A DNA stretch of 64,000 bases from Anthoceros angustus (taxonomy: Eukaryota; Plantae; Anthocerotophyta), in contig VJWM01000223.1 of NCBI GenBank assembly GCA_010909165.1, positions 62,001-126,000 of the forward strand, given 5' to 3'. A program made the translations under genes and the position numbers. The notes beneath the pieces were generated by a model that saw only the letters and a program-made list of their open reading frames with translations, was not told where the DNA came from and ran no database searches. Of the stretch, positions 50,939-64,000 are shown piece by piece; the stretch's first letter is position 1; each line of letters starts with the position of its first letter.

Positions 50939-51407
50939 TACTTCCGAGATGCAAAACTGCACACCTCGCTATTTTGCACACTATGTGCAAAATAGCGACC
51001 GATGTATATAGGGGCGGTACATAGTAGGGCGGCTTCTATTAACAGGACAAATTTTTTGGACGTACCAGGCATTGAACTTCGGTCATAGGCTAGGATGCTC
51101 GAGACGAAACACTCAAGTGTAGCCATTTGTGTGGGTCGTAAATAAGACCCCGGTCCTTGAATTTGTAGTCCCGCTTCTGAAAGTCTCTTGCCCTTTTCTA
51201 TCACAGTGGAACCTTCATTGGAACCTTTGTTAAGTATCGCCGCACAATTTACTTTTCAGTGGCATGTAGTCTGGAATTGAAAATCTTGCATTCTTCAATA
51301 CAATTTCAGGCCCAGATTTGTCCACAACAGCTTTGCCTTCGCACACAAGCAACATTCTAGCTACACGTCATCTGAAACTAGAGGTTGTTTATTACGCTTT
51401 TGAAAGC

Positions 51408-51693
51408 TTCTGTATTTGCTCTCGTCCACACATTGCTTCCACGACTGCTTGTTTCTGCTATCAAAAGTTTCTGTATTTGCTCTCGTCCACACATTGCTTC
51501 TACGAATGCTTGTTTCTGCCATCAATGGCTTCTGTATTTGCTCTCGTCCACACATTGCTTCTACGAATGCTTGTTTCTGCCATCAATGGCTTCTGTATTT
51601 GCTCTCGTCCACACATTGCTTCTACGAATGCTTGCTTCGGCGATCAAAAGCTTCTATATTTGCTCTCGTCCACACATTGCTTCTACGAATGCT
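51408..51693. repeat. 61-bp minisatellite, ~4.7 copies
   Basis: 'ttctgtatttgctctcgtccacacattgcttctacgaatgcttgtttctgccatcaatggc' at 51408, 51469, 51530, 51591 and 51652. Confidence 0.92.
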
Positions 51694-52099
51694 ACGACTC
51701 CCGTCGTATCGGGACGAATGTTTGCTTATGCTTCTCAAAATCAATACTACGGTACCTAGCGCTCGTTACCAAGCCCTGAAGAGAGCGAATTCTCTCAAAG
51801 TCCACTCCTGACTGATTGCAAGAGTATGCCATCGTGAATCGTACGGTATTTAGCACTCATTACAAAGCCTTGTACAGAAAAAAAAACTTATCAGCGTCCG
51901 CGTCCATAACTTTCTGTACAAAAGTTTTGATTTCTAATCTAAATATATTAACGAGATCTTTTATTACCATTTCCAACTGGTGGTCCGTATGGCATACCAA
52001 AGAGGACATAGGGGATGGGGGCAATTTTTTTCACTCGAAAGCCATACAAGGCCTAGGCATCTTGAGAAATATACCCTAGATTCCAGTACTGATTGTTTT

Positions 52100-53305
52100 C
52101 TCACAGCACATGGTCAAATGTCCGCTTTGGCGCCCTAACCAAGAGCAGCCAAGCACCAAAGGGGACACACACTCTTTCTCCTCGAAACGGGTGTGTGCTT
52201 GAAAATTTTTCTGTCCTTCCAACTTCAAAACAAAGAGCCGGGACACTATGTTTTCAGAGTCTTCCGTCCTACCTTCTGCGATTAAGTTTTCTTCAATGCC
52301 ATCCCATGGCCACCAAACCCTAACCTGGCCGCTGCGTCGGCCGCCCCATCTGGCTGCCTCGCCCCTAATCGCCCCGCCTAGCGTGCGTGCCTCACCCGTA
52401 GCCGCCCCGCCAAGCTGGCTATCCACGCCCCTACCCTAAACCCTGCTCCTACCCTCTGAGGAGATGAACCCTAAAAACGGTCAGGGGGCTTGCCTAAGCC
52501 ACGTGCTGCACCCTAAAGTGGAACATAGTATGCGCACGCGAGAAAAAACACAGTGCGGGAAAAAAGGGAAGTTTCCTTTCTGTGTACTAGTGAGCGCGAA
52601 GTGGCCGCTTTGGTGCGTCTGCTTTGGGCTACCCCATTTGGATCGGGTTACCAAACCGGACACCAAAAAGACGTGCGGTGTGAACAAAAGTTTCGCACGT
52701 GAAAAAAATGCCCCGTCCGCTCTGTCCTCTTTGATATGCCATAGGTCTGTGGGGATGAGGGGACAAGGCACTTTTTTGGCTTGAGAAACTTTTCTTCAAA
52801 CCACAGGGCTTGCTTATGTCCGGTTTGGTAACGAAAGGTAGCCAGGCACTCGCATCATGTGACTGTACCCACACAAATGGAACTCCCTTTTTTTTTCCGT
52901 AATGTGGTTTATTCGTGCACGCGCAACAAGGAAATTTTTTTCAGTCGTTGTGTTCTAGTTTAGGCGTGCACCACGTGGCTGCGGCAAGCCACCGCGGCCA
53001 TTTTGCAGTGGCCGTTTTTAGGGTTCATCTTATAGCAGGGTGGGAGTAGGGTTTAGGACAAGGGCGAGGAACGCACTCTGGGCGGGGCAGCTAGGGGCGA
53101 GGCACGCACTCTGGGCGAAGCGACCAAGGACGAGGTAGGCAGGCGTCGAGGTCTGTCAAACCACAATGGCTCTTTGTTTTCAAGTTGCAAGGATTGAAAC
53201 ATTTTCAATCACACACACGTTTGGAAGAGAAAGTGTGTGTCCCCTTTAGTGCTTGGCCGCTCTTGGTTAGGGTGCCAAAGCGGACATTTCAACATGTGTT
53301 GTGAG
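52100..53305. mobile_element. Non-coding foldback / long inverted-repeat element (~1.2 kb)
   Basis: 52100-52240 is the reverse complement of 53168-53305 (ctcaca.cacatg...aaatgtccgctttggc.ccctaaccaagagc). Internal pairs 52430-52520/52950-53055 and 52645-52720/52755-52832 continue the symmetry to a centre near 52735. No TSD identified. Confidence 0.75.
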
Positions 53306-54619
53306 GGCGCACCTCCGTATAGGAATAGGGCAGACTTTTTCATCTTCACTTTTACATCTACATCTCCAAGGGAGACTACATCGGCATCTATATGTCTATA
53401 TCTCAAGGAAAGTCTATATTTGCATCTCAGGAAAGGATAACCCTCCATCAATGCTTAACCTTTGGGTTGCAAGGGAACAAGATTCTTTTGCCACAAAAGC
53501 ATATCTTGTCTAGCTTTGTATTAAATCTGGCTCAAGCTTACGATTCTTGCAGCACCAAAAGATCATGGATACCCAATACGAACACTCATTAAGTTTTTTC
53601 TATGATTTACAACTCCTTGCAAGATAACATAAAGTTTTTTGCATAGTTCTTTGATCTTTCCATAGTAATAAGGGATAGTGTTTTGTATCTTGGGGGCATC
53701 CATGCGAATTTCGCAGCCATCAGTACTGCTCCTACAATCCCTGATAACTTGCTGAATTATGCCAAGTCGTTAACAATATCTATGATCTGATTTGGACCTT
53801 GAAGTAAACTCTTATGTAACAGGCCAAGTAACGTAACCATAAATCTTGATGAACAAATGCACCACGCACTCCTAAGAATCAAAATATAGTTTACTCACCA
53901 ACACCACATGCTTTGAAAAGCTTGAAGCTTGAAGCCCTAAAACACCTAGTTGTAGTTTAGGAGGAGGTGGTGACCTTCAGTTCGTGGTCTTCATGGTTAA
54001 GAATGGTTTCATAATGTGGACCATGGGAAAACTAAAAAGAGCTAGGCCCATTCTCATATCAGATTTCCACCTAACAATGTCAAGATCTGAAAAATTGCTC
54101 ATCAAGAACTTTTGAATATTTGCTCATCAAGAACTCCTAAAATCAAGCGTTACCAAGCTCTTTTATCCACCACCCATTATCTTGTCTCATAAATGAAAGC
54201 TTAGCAAGGGTGACTTGCTGAAGTTTACAAGTTTACAAAGAATCAAGAGCACCTATCTATGAGAGTTGGAACATTCCCCTACGATGAGATCAATGATTTG
54301 AGAGTTACATTTCTCCCTCTTCCGCTTGCTAACATTTGTGGATGAGTTGCAAAACAGAATTAAGAATCAAACAAAGATTGAGAAGAGCTAGCAAAATTGG
54401 AGATTGTGGCTCCCTGCATGATTGAGAAATCTTAAGAGAATTCAAGCTTGGCATGCTAGGTGGTTGAGAATTCATGATTGCAAGACTTTAGCGCCCACTA
54501 TGGCAATCTACATAGTAATCGCTCATTGAGACGAAAAGCATCGGCGAAGTAATTGCATGATGATTACTCGGAACGTGTTAAAAAAATCAGAGTAATTGAA
54601 GCTAGCGGTTTTCAAACGG

Positions 54620-56497
54620 ATGTTTGAAGTAATTTAATTGACTGTAATATATAATGATCTCCATTATAGAACTTGAGTTGGATGCTTGAAATAATTTAAT
54701 TGACCGTAATATATAATGATCTCGATTATAGAACTTGAGTTGAACAACTCTAAACTGCAACTTTGGAACTGAACAAATAGGCAGCTTCAACCATGACTGC
54801 AGTGAGGCCTTAAGTCTAAACTAAAGAACCTAGTTGATATGTTCATTCGACAAAAAATAATTATTTCTATTTTTCTTAATATATAATTTTTTATATATCT
54901 ATATTTTAAAAAATATAATTAAAATTATGTGTATATATTTGATCTTCTATAAAAATATGCATATTGTTTGAAGTACCTAATTTTAAAAGTCAATGTTACT
55001 TTCCTTTATGACCTAAACCCAAAGCAAACAATCTAATAATCGCCAAATAATACATTATGCAGCAAGTCCCCTAGTAGCTATATCAACTACATACACTTCC
55101 AACTAGTACTTCCAACTAGCAGTTCAACCGAGCCTAATTTTTGGCGTTGTCAAATCCAAACTGTGTAGACAAGTGATTTCTCAAACGATGCGGCTGTTTT
55201 AGACCAAGTCAAAAGTAAACTTCAAATCCAAATTATGTAGATAGGTGGTTCGTCGATACATTGAGCCTAGTTTTAGACCAAATCAAAAATAAACTTCACA
55301 AATTTGAGGGATGATTCTACCGTGGTCATGAACTTCTGACCTCCTCATGATGCTCACGACTTGAAGTTTTCAATTTTATTTTTCTATTCTAAGTTTCCAA
55401 ACGTTTATCCTTGTTCTTTGTCCTTGAGGGAGAGAGTTCTCCTTCTCCCGACCTCAGAATTGTCATGAGCCTTTCATGTTGGACATTTAAATATATGAAG
55501 AAAATGGAAGTTTGTTTAACTCTTAAAGAATGAAGCATGTTTTGCTACTTATGCATATCTAAATACAAAAAAATTATGAAGGTTTGGGCTGAGTTTTTGC
55601 TACTCATGCATATCTAAATACAGAAAATTGGTTTGGGCTGAGTTTTTGCTACTTATGCATATCTAAATACAGAAAATTTCTAAGGTTTGGGCTGAGTTTC
55701 TGCTACTTATGCATATCTAAATACAGAATAATAAGATGATCCTTTTTTCACTCCCACAATTAGACATGCAAGTTGCATTCGCTTATCCTATGCTAAAAAA
55801 GACAAGGATCCTTTCTTCACTCCCACAATTACCATCATGCAAGTTGCATCCGCTCATCCGATCCTAAAAAAGACAAGAACTCAGACATCCATTCCACAAA
55901 TTTCCCACAAATTTCCAATGCTCTATGGTACTTCATGCTCACAATGAGACAAGAGAGCATCTTCACTCGGGGAGGAACATGACAAAGAGTTGGGTTGAGC
56001 AAAATTTATCACGGATTCCGGCAAGGCCATGAACATCCTCATAAAAAACCATTATAATCATTGGAGGTCAAACAATTCGACCATTCACACTAAGGCCATG
56101 CCTATTCCAATTTTCAAACAATTAGCCATTCATACTAAGGCCCTCCCTTCGCATGTAATGGTGACTTGGTTCAAGGCATCTTTCAGGAACCTAGCCTGAT
56201 GCCCATTGTTGGGCATGGAGATGGAGTCCGTTATTTTCTGCTCTAAAACTCCACCGGTTCCTCTGGAAAATGCCAAGCACATACACTATACTCAAAGGTC
56301 CAAGATAAAAATTGATGTAGGAAAAATCCCACATCCCAAAACGCATGACAACCACTTTGAGGAGGTTCGTCCTTTAGGGCTCAATTCCATGAGGTTCGTC
56401 CTTTAGTGCTCAATTTGATGAGGTTCGTCCTTTACTGCTCAATTTGAGGAGGTTCGTCCTTTAGTGCTCAAATTGATGAGTAGTCTCGTCCTTTAGT
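54620..56497. repeat. AT-rich intergenic region with several short tandem arrays
   Basis: ~62-bp x2 (54620-54742); ~55-bp x4 'tttgctacttatgcatatctaaatac' (55540-55728); ~70-bp x2 (55737-55877); ~30-bp x5 'gaggttcgtcctttag.gctcaa' (56359-56497). Confidence 0.8.
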
Positions 56498-56907
56498 GGG
56501 CAGCTTTTATAAAGCCCACGTAAAGTCTGCCGACGTAAAGTCTCAATTCGTGGCTTCCGGACGTTTAGGAGTTGAAGAAATTTTCTGAAGGACCTTGAGG
56601 GTGGCTTGGCTTGTTGAAGCGACAGGAGCGTTTAAAAATGTTGATACCAGCCTTTTTTTCACTAAGAAACGAGTATCGATGGACAAGAGAAACGTAAAGC
56701 TGAAAAGGTAAAAATTCAAGATCCTCATGCCGAAACACACACTAGACATTCGCTTTAGAATTAACATACTATAGAAACTCTAAGCCCTAACAGCGTAGCC
56801 TGGCCAGCTGGGCGAAGGGCCAGTACGCGAATGATCTACATGGCTTCCTTCTTGAGTCCCTCCAGATCACGCAAGAGCCCAAAACTCAAGCGCACATGGA
56901 TGGGGTA

Positions 56908-57414
56908 TCAAACAGTAACGATGAGCCCAGGCAGAGAGCTCCCACCCTGGCCCTTGCACAGCTCACTCTGCCACAAAGTGCGGCAGGAATTGGGCCTGGC
57001 AAGACTGCGGGAAGGCTTGAGGTCGGTCACGGTCACCGCTGTGTTGAAATACTCCCGGAGTTGCGATATTCGGCCGTCTTTCACCGTCCAGATATGAACC
57101 CAGAACACGCCGGGGGAAGGCCCGCTTCCTTCCACAAAGACCTTGTCCTCTCTGGCTCCTACTCGCGCAGGCTGGAAAGAGAAGGTGTCACAGGAGGTGA
57201 CCCCGGTAAGAAGGAGCATCATATGCTGGTGGTCCGGTGGGCCGTGAAACCACCACTCCAAATCTCTGTCGACCAACTCGGTCACACTATCCCCATCCCC
57301 CGCTGCAAGCGCTGCATACAGCGCAAGCACAGACCGAACAGCTGCCTGCTTCCCCAGTGCTGAAGTATTAGGTGTAGCTATCGCAACCGATGCAAACCAC
57401 CACACTGCATTCAC
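56908..57414 (-). CDS. Wound-induced protein WI12/Wun1 family (NTF2-like fold); true start codon not resolved
   Basis: 'VLALYAALAAGD...DLEWWFHGPPDHQHMMLLLTG...FWVHIWTVKDGRISQLREYFNTAVTV...LWQS...SLPGLIVTV*'. Confidence 0.88.
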   Translation of the reverse strand: MNAVWWFASVAIATPNTSALGKQAAVRSVLALYAALAAGDGDSVTELVDRDLEWWFHGPPDHQHMMLLLTGVTSCDTFSFQPARVGAREDKVFVEGSGPSPGVFWVHIWTVKDGRISQLREYFNTAVTVTDLKPSRSLARPNSCRTLWQSELCKGQGGSSLPGLIVTV

Positions 57415-57978
57415 AGCGCAGCACAGAATATGTTAGAGACCACCGCATCCCCAATTACTACCACAAAGCACAACCCACAGTTAAGATCACCTGCTAATCT
57501 GCGGACTAAGCCTTAACTCTGCCTAGGGGGCAACACAGCCTATGAGTCACCACACTGACAAGGAAGTCACAGGTGGCAGCTATGGAATATGGCAAAGCAC
57601 CTTGAAGGGGAGAGCGGAGTCGGAGCGCTGTAGCCTGAAGAAAGAATGAAAGGCTGAATGACAAATGGAGAGGCCAGGCTCACATATATAGTCCCTCGAC
57701 CCTGGTTACCGAAAAGGCAACCAGAGGCTAGGTTACGAACATACACCGTACATATATTGGTTAGAAACATGCGTAGTCGGAAGGGGCACGGAAGTTCGAT
57801 CGGGTAGGTAGACTTCGAAAGTAACTCCTATAACATTTGTACATACGTGGCTTTCCAGGTACAGATCCCAGTTTACAAACGACTCGCGTAAATTCCCTCC
57901 ATACGTACATGCCCTGTATGTATCTAAGTACATACCTAAAATAACATATGTACATACTGCGTGTGCACTAGAAAATTA

Positions 57979-58922
57979 TCATGTGGTTGCCTGCTGGTAC
58001 AACTCCTCATACACCGCATCATCCACCTCGTCGTCAGGGTAACTTTCTTGCTCTTCGTCTTGGCCATCAGTGTCGTCCTGCACGCGGGGGCTGAGGCTGG
58101 GGCCGGCCAAACCTGGAAACAAATCAGCCGCCTCCGCACCTGGAGATGAATCCGAGGCCCGCGATGAGTGACTGCAAACGGATGCCTAATAGACGGCCCA
58201 GGAAGAGCTTGTGGATGCCAGGAAGCACCAACCTTGGGAATCCGGATCTGCGGCTGCCTGGTCTCTCTCCATTTCCGGTGCTGCTTTGTCTCCCCTTTCC
58301 ACCTTCTCTCGCAGCTCCCGAATGCACAGCTGATGTCATCTTGCATGAGCGGCACTCCGATGCAACTCACGCTTCACTTGGAGGCAAAACTGTGATACAT
58401 ACCCGGACTCGTCTTGTGGCTCCAAGCTTCTCCACTTTGTCCACGAATTGGTCGAAGGAGAAGTACGGCAGCAAGCGGGAATGCCAACACATGTAAGCCT
58501 CTAAGAGCTTTTCCAAATCGTCCACCTGCAGATGCAGATCCAGGTCAGATTCTTGGTGTAGAAGAAGCCTACCGACCAGCGGGATTGCAGGTGGAGAGGA
58601 GGAAGCTACTTGCCTCGTGTCCGCGACCTCGAACGTGAACCAGGCGCGGGAAGTGCTGGAGCACGTATCCCAGTCCATCTTCGGAGAGCAGCAGATCGGG
58701 CGTCAAGTTAGGTCGCTTCCGCGGCACCGCTGCCGCTGCCGCTGGTGCGGGGGCAGTGGAGGAAGCGAATTTACCCTTGCCGGGCTGAAAAGAAGCGGCA
58801 GGGCGGTCGGTGGATCCTGATGCGGGGGCGGAGGAAGATGGACAATCCTTGGACCAATGCCCGGGCTTTCCACACTTGAAGCACCCTGTTGGCTGTGCCG
58901 CTTGGTGCTTTTGCCTCTGCAT
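57979..58922 (-). CDS. TIPIN: TIPIN/Swi3/Csm3 replication-fork protection protein with N-terminal CCHC knuckle, 4 exons
   Basis: CFKCGKPGHWSKDC; RKRPNLTPDLLLSEDGLGYV...RGRGHE | VDDLEKLLEAYMCWHSRLLPYFSFDQFVDKVEKLG | LCIRELREK | acidic tail DDEVDDAVYEELYQQATT*. Confidence 0.88.
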
Positions 58923-59003
58923 CGTGCCTGCTTCAGCCTTCAGTTTCTGCCGAAGAGCATCAACTTTCTTCTCGTCTCCATCCGCCCTAAAGCCAGGTAC
59001 GTG

Positions 59004-59011
59004 GCGCCAAA
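59004..59011 (-). promoter_or_regulatory. Candidate E2F site (TTTGGCGC) upstream of TIPIN
   Basis: Matches the TTTSSCGS consensus about 80 bp 5' of the ATG of a replication gene. Confidence 0.5.
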
Positions 59012-59599
59012 ATTCGAAATCTCCTGCCTGTCATCTGACCGTTACGAGGGCGGGAGTTGGCCGGGCATCGTACAGTTGCCAGCTTTACACTTGGTGCCAC
59101 TGGCGTGTAACTTGGTCGGATCACCAGCATTCGTGAAGGCGTCACGCCTCTCCGCCCTGTCCCGCTGCTTCCCGGCTCCCTCCTGCGCGGCGGCCGCCGC
59201 TTCCCAGCAACTCTTGAGAACATTCTTGCAAGCAGGATTGCATCGACACCAGCAACGCTCTTATTATCTTCAGCTCTGTCTACTGTTGGCCACCATCGCC
59301 GCAGCTTTTGATGCCTCACGCCCCGGTCACGTCGTCACAGTGCCACTGTCTTCCAACAGTGTCTTCCCTGTTGCTGATTTTGTCGCGTCGTTCTTCCGGC
59401 ATATTCAGGCTTCACAGGAGGGCTCATTATAGAACCTTGATGTTAATTAAGGTCCTTTGTTGTGGCCAGACACGGGCTTAATCCCTGAATTTGGATGGTG
59501 TATTTAATGGTATTTAGGGCTCGCCCTGGTAGTTATTGGCAGGCAGAATAAATAGGCTCCCGTTCTCTCGACCGTTGGAGGTTCTCTTGGAGTTTGGGG

Positions 59600-60480
59600 G
59601 ATGTATTGCTGGCTGAAGACGAGGCTTGGATATGCAGATGGATCCGAAGTCTACATCCTTTCGCAGGTTGCTTATGACTTGTAGCAATTGTTTAACCAGA
59701 GGGCCTCCAACCTCGCGCTGTGCCAGAGACCTTGATCCCCTCCAGGTCGGAGGTCCTCTGGCTCAACAACTTCTACATGCCACAAATTTGTTCTAGCCAA
59801 ATTTGGTGACGCGGCGCTGGCTGATCTGGACGTGCAGATGGGTTCGGAGCTTATCCAGCAGCAGTTTGCTTGTGGCCTGTAGCAATTGTTTAACCACAGG
59901 ACCTCTAACCTTGAGGTCTGCTGTCCCTGAGACCTAAAGCCTCCGGGTTGGAAGTCCTCTGGCCAAACAACTGCTGCACGACGGCTTGGGTGATCCGTGC
60001 AGATCAGATTTCAATTCTGACTTGTAGCAATTGTTCAACCAGAGGACCTCTAACCTGGAGCTTTGCCAGAGATCTGCGAGTTGGAGGTCCTCTGGCTAAA
60101 CAACTTCTACACGCCAGCTTGGGTGGTGCGCAGCTGGCTGATCTGGAGATGAAGATGGATCTGGAGCCTACTGGCATTCGGAGGTTTGCTGATGATTTGT
60201 CGCAATTGTTTAATTAGAAACCTCCAATCTCGAGCGCTGGTTCGAGGTCCTACCTGCTGTCTACCTGGCAGCTTGAGTGAGGTCTGCTCAGTTCTGTTTC
60301 ATTTGTAGCAACTGTCCAACCCGAATTCTCGAGAACTCGAGCTGACTCTAGCTCTCTTAGATGCCTTTGATCTTGTGGTTTGAGTACCTCGTGCCAAGTA
60401 AAGCTCTTCGACCGTAAAGCCAAGGTCCATGCCACACGCCACCCGGATTTGTTTATGCCTTGTAGCAAATGTATGACCAG
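59600..60480. repeat. Degenerate tandem repeat family (~100-200-bp spacing)
   Basis: Core 'ttgtagcaattgtttaaccagagg.cctc.aacc' recurs at ~59680, 59878, 60022, 60198 and, more weakly, 60304 and 60461; a second core is 'ggaggtcctctggct.aacaacttcta'. Confidence 0.7.
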
Positions 60481-61175
60481 AGCACATCCAATCCGCTTTG
60501 TCAGGAACGAAGAACTACTCCTCAGCCTATACGAAGTATATACGTCCGCTGATGATGCGTTAATATCAACTTGCTCATGAGGAGTCTGATTCAGAGTGGT
60601 AAGTGATTTCCAGGATCCGTTAAACCGGAGCCGAACCCTGCCTTAAGTTGTAGGTCCTCAGACAAAACATGCCTACACACCAGCTTCGTGATGCTCAGCT
60701 AACAGATATTAACTTGGAAGTGGATCTCCCAGCCCCCCCCTCCAGAATTCAACAAGGATAGGTCGGGACAAGCTTTGCCTGCACAGGCAGCTCAGCAGAT
60801 ACCTTCCCATTGGATACTGAAAGACTTTTCCCTTGAAAAGAAACCAGCGAGTAAAACTAGTCGTGATTCTGGCTGCCGTGTTCACAATGCATAGAGAAGT
60901 TGGGGACATTCGAGATTGTCATAGTGCCAGGGTAGGAGGAAAAGTGGCATGTAATTACCGTCATGCCTCCCTCATCTTGTTCTGCCAAGTTCTGAACAAA
61001 AGGTGTTGAGATGGGGTTGCGCATACAACCCCTCACGGATGCACTAGAGGGCCGTGTGTTGATTGCGGCATTCCAGGATCCTACGAGACGAGGTGAATTG
61101 CTGGTGCACATGTGTTGGGCAAGTGGGAAGAGTTCCCTCTCCAAGACCGAGCCTCGAAACTTTTAGATGCTCTGT

Positions 61176-64000
61176 TTACTTGAAAGTCTCGTGAGAGCTC
61201 CACTTCAGAAGTATAGTCTGTTCACGCAAAACCAGATTAGCGAACCCTATTCCTCTGTGAAAAGTTTTCAAGCAAACTGACGAAGCTGCAGGCTTCCAGT
61301 ACGAGATAATAGGACAACGTCTAGGGGTCAGAGATAAAATAACTTCAGACAAAACAGAAATTCAATGAAAGGAGGTCAGTGGAGAACTACCGGGCAAGAT
61401 GTGCTTGCTCTTAAGCACTCATCAAGCTCCTGTGTACAAATGATGAGCTTCACAGCTCTGAACTCTTTGGCAGCGCTTCCTCTGGAGTCACTGAAAGCAA
61501 TAAGCTCTCGCTCCAGTAGATGCTCAAATGCCTACACACAAAGTTAATCATGAGAAGGTGATTTCGCCAGCATCGCACATCTGCAGGTAACAATCAGTAC
61601 ATACTCTTAGAGCAAGCTGTCGTGAATAGACATCACAGGTATTGTGCACCGCACGAAGCTGCTCGTACTCTGCATAGAAGAGATCATCAAGGGAACCCAC
61701 GTGCATAGGTCAGTTGCAGATTCCTCAGTAAACGACGGGGCCAGACACCATCGTGATTTTCCTCATTTGACCAAGCAACTGTCTGCTACAAATTTTGCGT
61801 ACCACTGAAGACTGCCTCAAAATTGTAGGTTTCACGCTCTTTTCTTTCCAGCCTCTTCATAGAAACAAGGAGGTAGAGCTCCAGCACTGACAATCCTGCT
61901 CAGACGACGGCCATTTTGAAAGGCTGTGAAACGCAAACAGACAGGCACAAGTGGAACTCTGGCAATCACATCATGAAAGTTTACCCTCTAAACACCTCAT
62001 TTTGGGTTTGCATCTGAGAGCCGAGCTTGCTGCTACAACATCTTTGGTTGATATAAGGCCCACAGTCCGGTCCATGTTGGAAACAATCCGAAATCTGTTA
62101 AACGCCACATCTTCACTCAAATCGCATCCGTGCAGCTACAGACTAACCAGACAAAAATGAAAGAAGAGTTTCAGCGAATAATTATCCAAACCCGAAACAG
62201 CAGACAAAAACATCACTTACGCAAGATCAAAAATTTGCTGATAGCTCAGATCCATCTCAAAGAAGCGACTTAAAGCAAGCTTCACACCTTTGTCTTCAAG
62301 TACTCTCTAAGAAAGTCAAAGAGGTTTCTAGGGCATGCCTACAACAAATAGCTGGCTTTCAAACGCGAGAGCTTTATCCTGCTCCGTTCAAGTAAACAGC
62401 TCATAACTTGAGGATACTGCAGAATTGAGGTTGAAGACGGCACTGAACTCCGTATGAGGAAAATCCACCCCAACTGGTAGGAGTAAGGACTTACGCAGGT
62501 GCCTGATAGATCACAGGGTGAGAGACATGAGTCAGTTGATGGCCTTGACTGTAGGGATGCAAACGGACCTCAAGCAGCATGACTGAAGACTTCCCCACAT
62601 CGGGGTAGCAAATCACATTTATAAAGTCTTAAATCCCCACCCTAAGGAGGCTTCGAACGTCGGGGGAAACAGAAGCAACTTGCGATGGGAAAACCTAGAT
62701 CGCACTCGTTTCTCCAAGAGCAGATCTGCATCCTGCAAAGAGGCTCCTACACAGTCAATGGTCATGCAGTTCAAAGTCAACGGGCATGCAGTTCAATCAG
62801 TTATCAAGAACAGAAACATGGAGGGCTGGAACACAACGCACCAAGCGGGAGCTTAGACCAACAATTGCAGCTTGACATTCTGGGGACTGCATAGCATCAA
62901 GCAGATTGTAGAGCAGGAATTGCTGAGACCTCTGTGACCAAACGCACATTGGACACAGAGATGATCAGATGGCACATTCGCAATGTGAAATGGTCCAGCT
63001 ACCAAAATCTGTCGAAGTAACAGTAACATGTCAGCAGCATGAGTGTAATGCAAGCACGCCTGACAACTTGCTAAGCTGTTTGATATGTCCGCAGTTCATG
63101 CTCCATGCCAATTTGCAGTCACCCGTCACAATTACCTGCGCAAAGAGGTCAAACTCATCGAGAACGAAGACAACCGCTTTCTGTTCAAGAGCAGAGTCCC
63201 TGCAAAAGCAGGGTTGGCGATGGGAGACCGTAACTATGTTTAGAACAGGCAACACCGGAAGACAAGGTTCTTGGTTCAAGTGCCTCAAAGGAAAAGGAGG
63301 TCTCTGTACCTGAGACTGGCTGATAGGAAGATACGGTTTTCATCAACCGAGGCCTGCACAGACAGACAGTGAGGGCCAGGTATAGCTTAGTCTCCAAGCC
63401 AAGATGTGCAAACAGTGGATACAGACATCCGACAACGAGGGCGTGCATAAACTCGAGTAGACCATCGCCAGCACAACACTGGTACACTTGCAGACACGCT
63501 GCTAACACATAAACACAGGTGAGAATTCGACGATGTGCATACCGAGTTCGAGAAGGACAAGTGGTGTTCCGTGCAAAGCTGCTTGGCTATCTCCTGCATA
63601 GACCACAACTTCAAATGAGGGGTCACAAATGTGGAATGCCGGGTATCTGCCAAAAGCACATGCGTAGGACTTGAAGGAAGACCTTGAATGCGCAACGGTC
63701 ATCGTGATGTAGAAGGCCATTGAGACGGACCTGCAACAGCAACCAGCAAATACGCCGATGAGTGCCGAGGCGATATCCTGGGCGCCAGCCGGAGCAAAAA
63801 AATTCAGCTGCCGCGTGGGGCGAAAGTGAAGAGCAGAGCTTACAACTGAGAAGCGGTCGCTATGTTCCCTCCGGAGATCTCGCAAGACATGCTCCAGCAC
63901 GAAGGATTTGCCACACCCTCGCGGGCCTAGAAGCAGTGCGGAGTTGTTATGACGGTTAAGAACTGTGTCAGTGAGGAGGTCGGTAAGCTGCCTACTGGCG
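61176..64000 (-). CDS. ORC4: Origin recognition complex subunit 4, multi-exon, 5' end outside the window
   Basis: Walker A 'NNSALLLGPRGCGKS'; 'LNGLLHHDDRCAF'; Walker B 'VVFVLDEFDLFAQ'; 'LLYNLLDAMQS'; 'LLEKRVRSRFSHRKL'; C-terminal 'AVKLII...SCP|TILLKWSSHETFK*'. Confidence 0.92.

Noticed and set aside
51408-51693. CRISPR-like array
   Set aside because: Units are contiguous 61-bp tandem copies without unique spacers, in a eukaryotic context with no cas genes. The same applies to 55540-55728 and 56359-56497.
53400-54500. LTR retrotransposon remnant
   Set aside because: No recognisable gag/RT/integrase motifs, LTR pair or PBS could be supported by eye.

Overview
This is eukaryotic nuclear DNA from a gene-dense, short-intron land plant. 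A hornwort is the best guess, inferred from the very small GT-AG introns and a KPAxA-type DYW editing factor; a fern or lycophyte is not excluded. Left to right: a decayed CRE-like non-LTR retrotransposon; a UBXN4-like UBX gene; VPS55; PSRP6; a 26-motif PLS-class PPR gene with E1/E2 and a DYW:KP domain ending GDRL (candidate U-to-C RNA editor); a Cys-rich ADD-PHD/zf-4CXXC_R1-like finger directly upstream of, and probably spliced to, a catalytically crippled M18 aspartyl aminopeptidase paralogue; a CYP21-4-like cyclophilin; a UBC7-type E2; CSU1/NOSIP; an intact M18 aspartyl aminopeptidase; a MYC-type protein with bHLH-MYC_N and ACT-like domains but no recognisable bHLH; a WD40 gene; an AGO1/5/10-clade Argonaute; a 1.2-kb foldback element and several minisatellites; WI12/Wun1; TIPIN/Swi3; and a 5'-truncated ORC4. 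Two blocks (about 9.6-13.6 kb and 19.9-22.0 kb) are mosaics of neighbouring sequence joined at 2-12-nt microhomologies and carry homopolymer deletions. They look like assembly or consensus artefacts rather than real gene duplications. The strongest novelty candidates are the zinc finger/pseudo-peptidase locus, the DYW:KP editor with a derivable target motif, and the bHLH-less MYC-like protein. I found no rRNA, tRNA or CRISPR.
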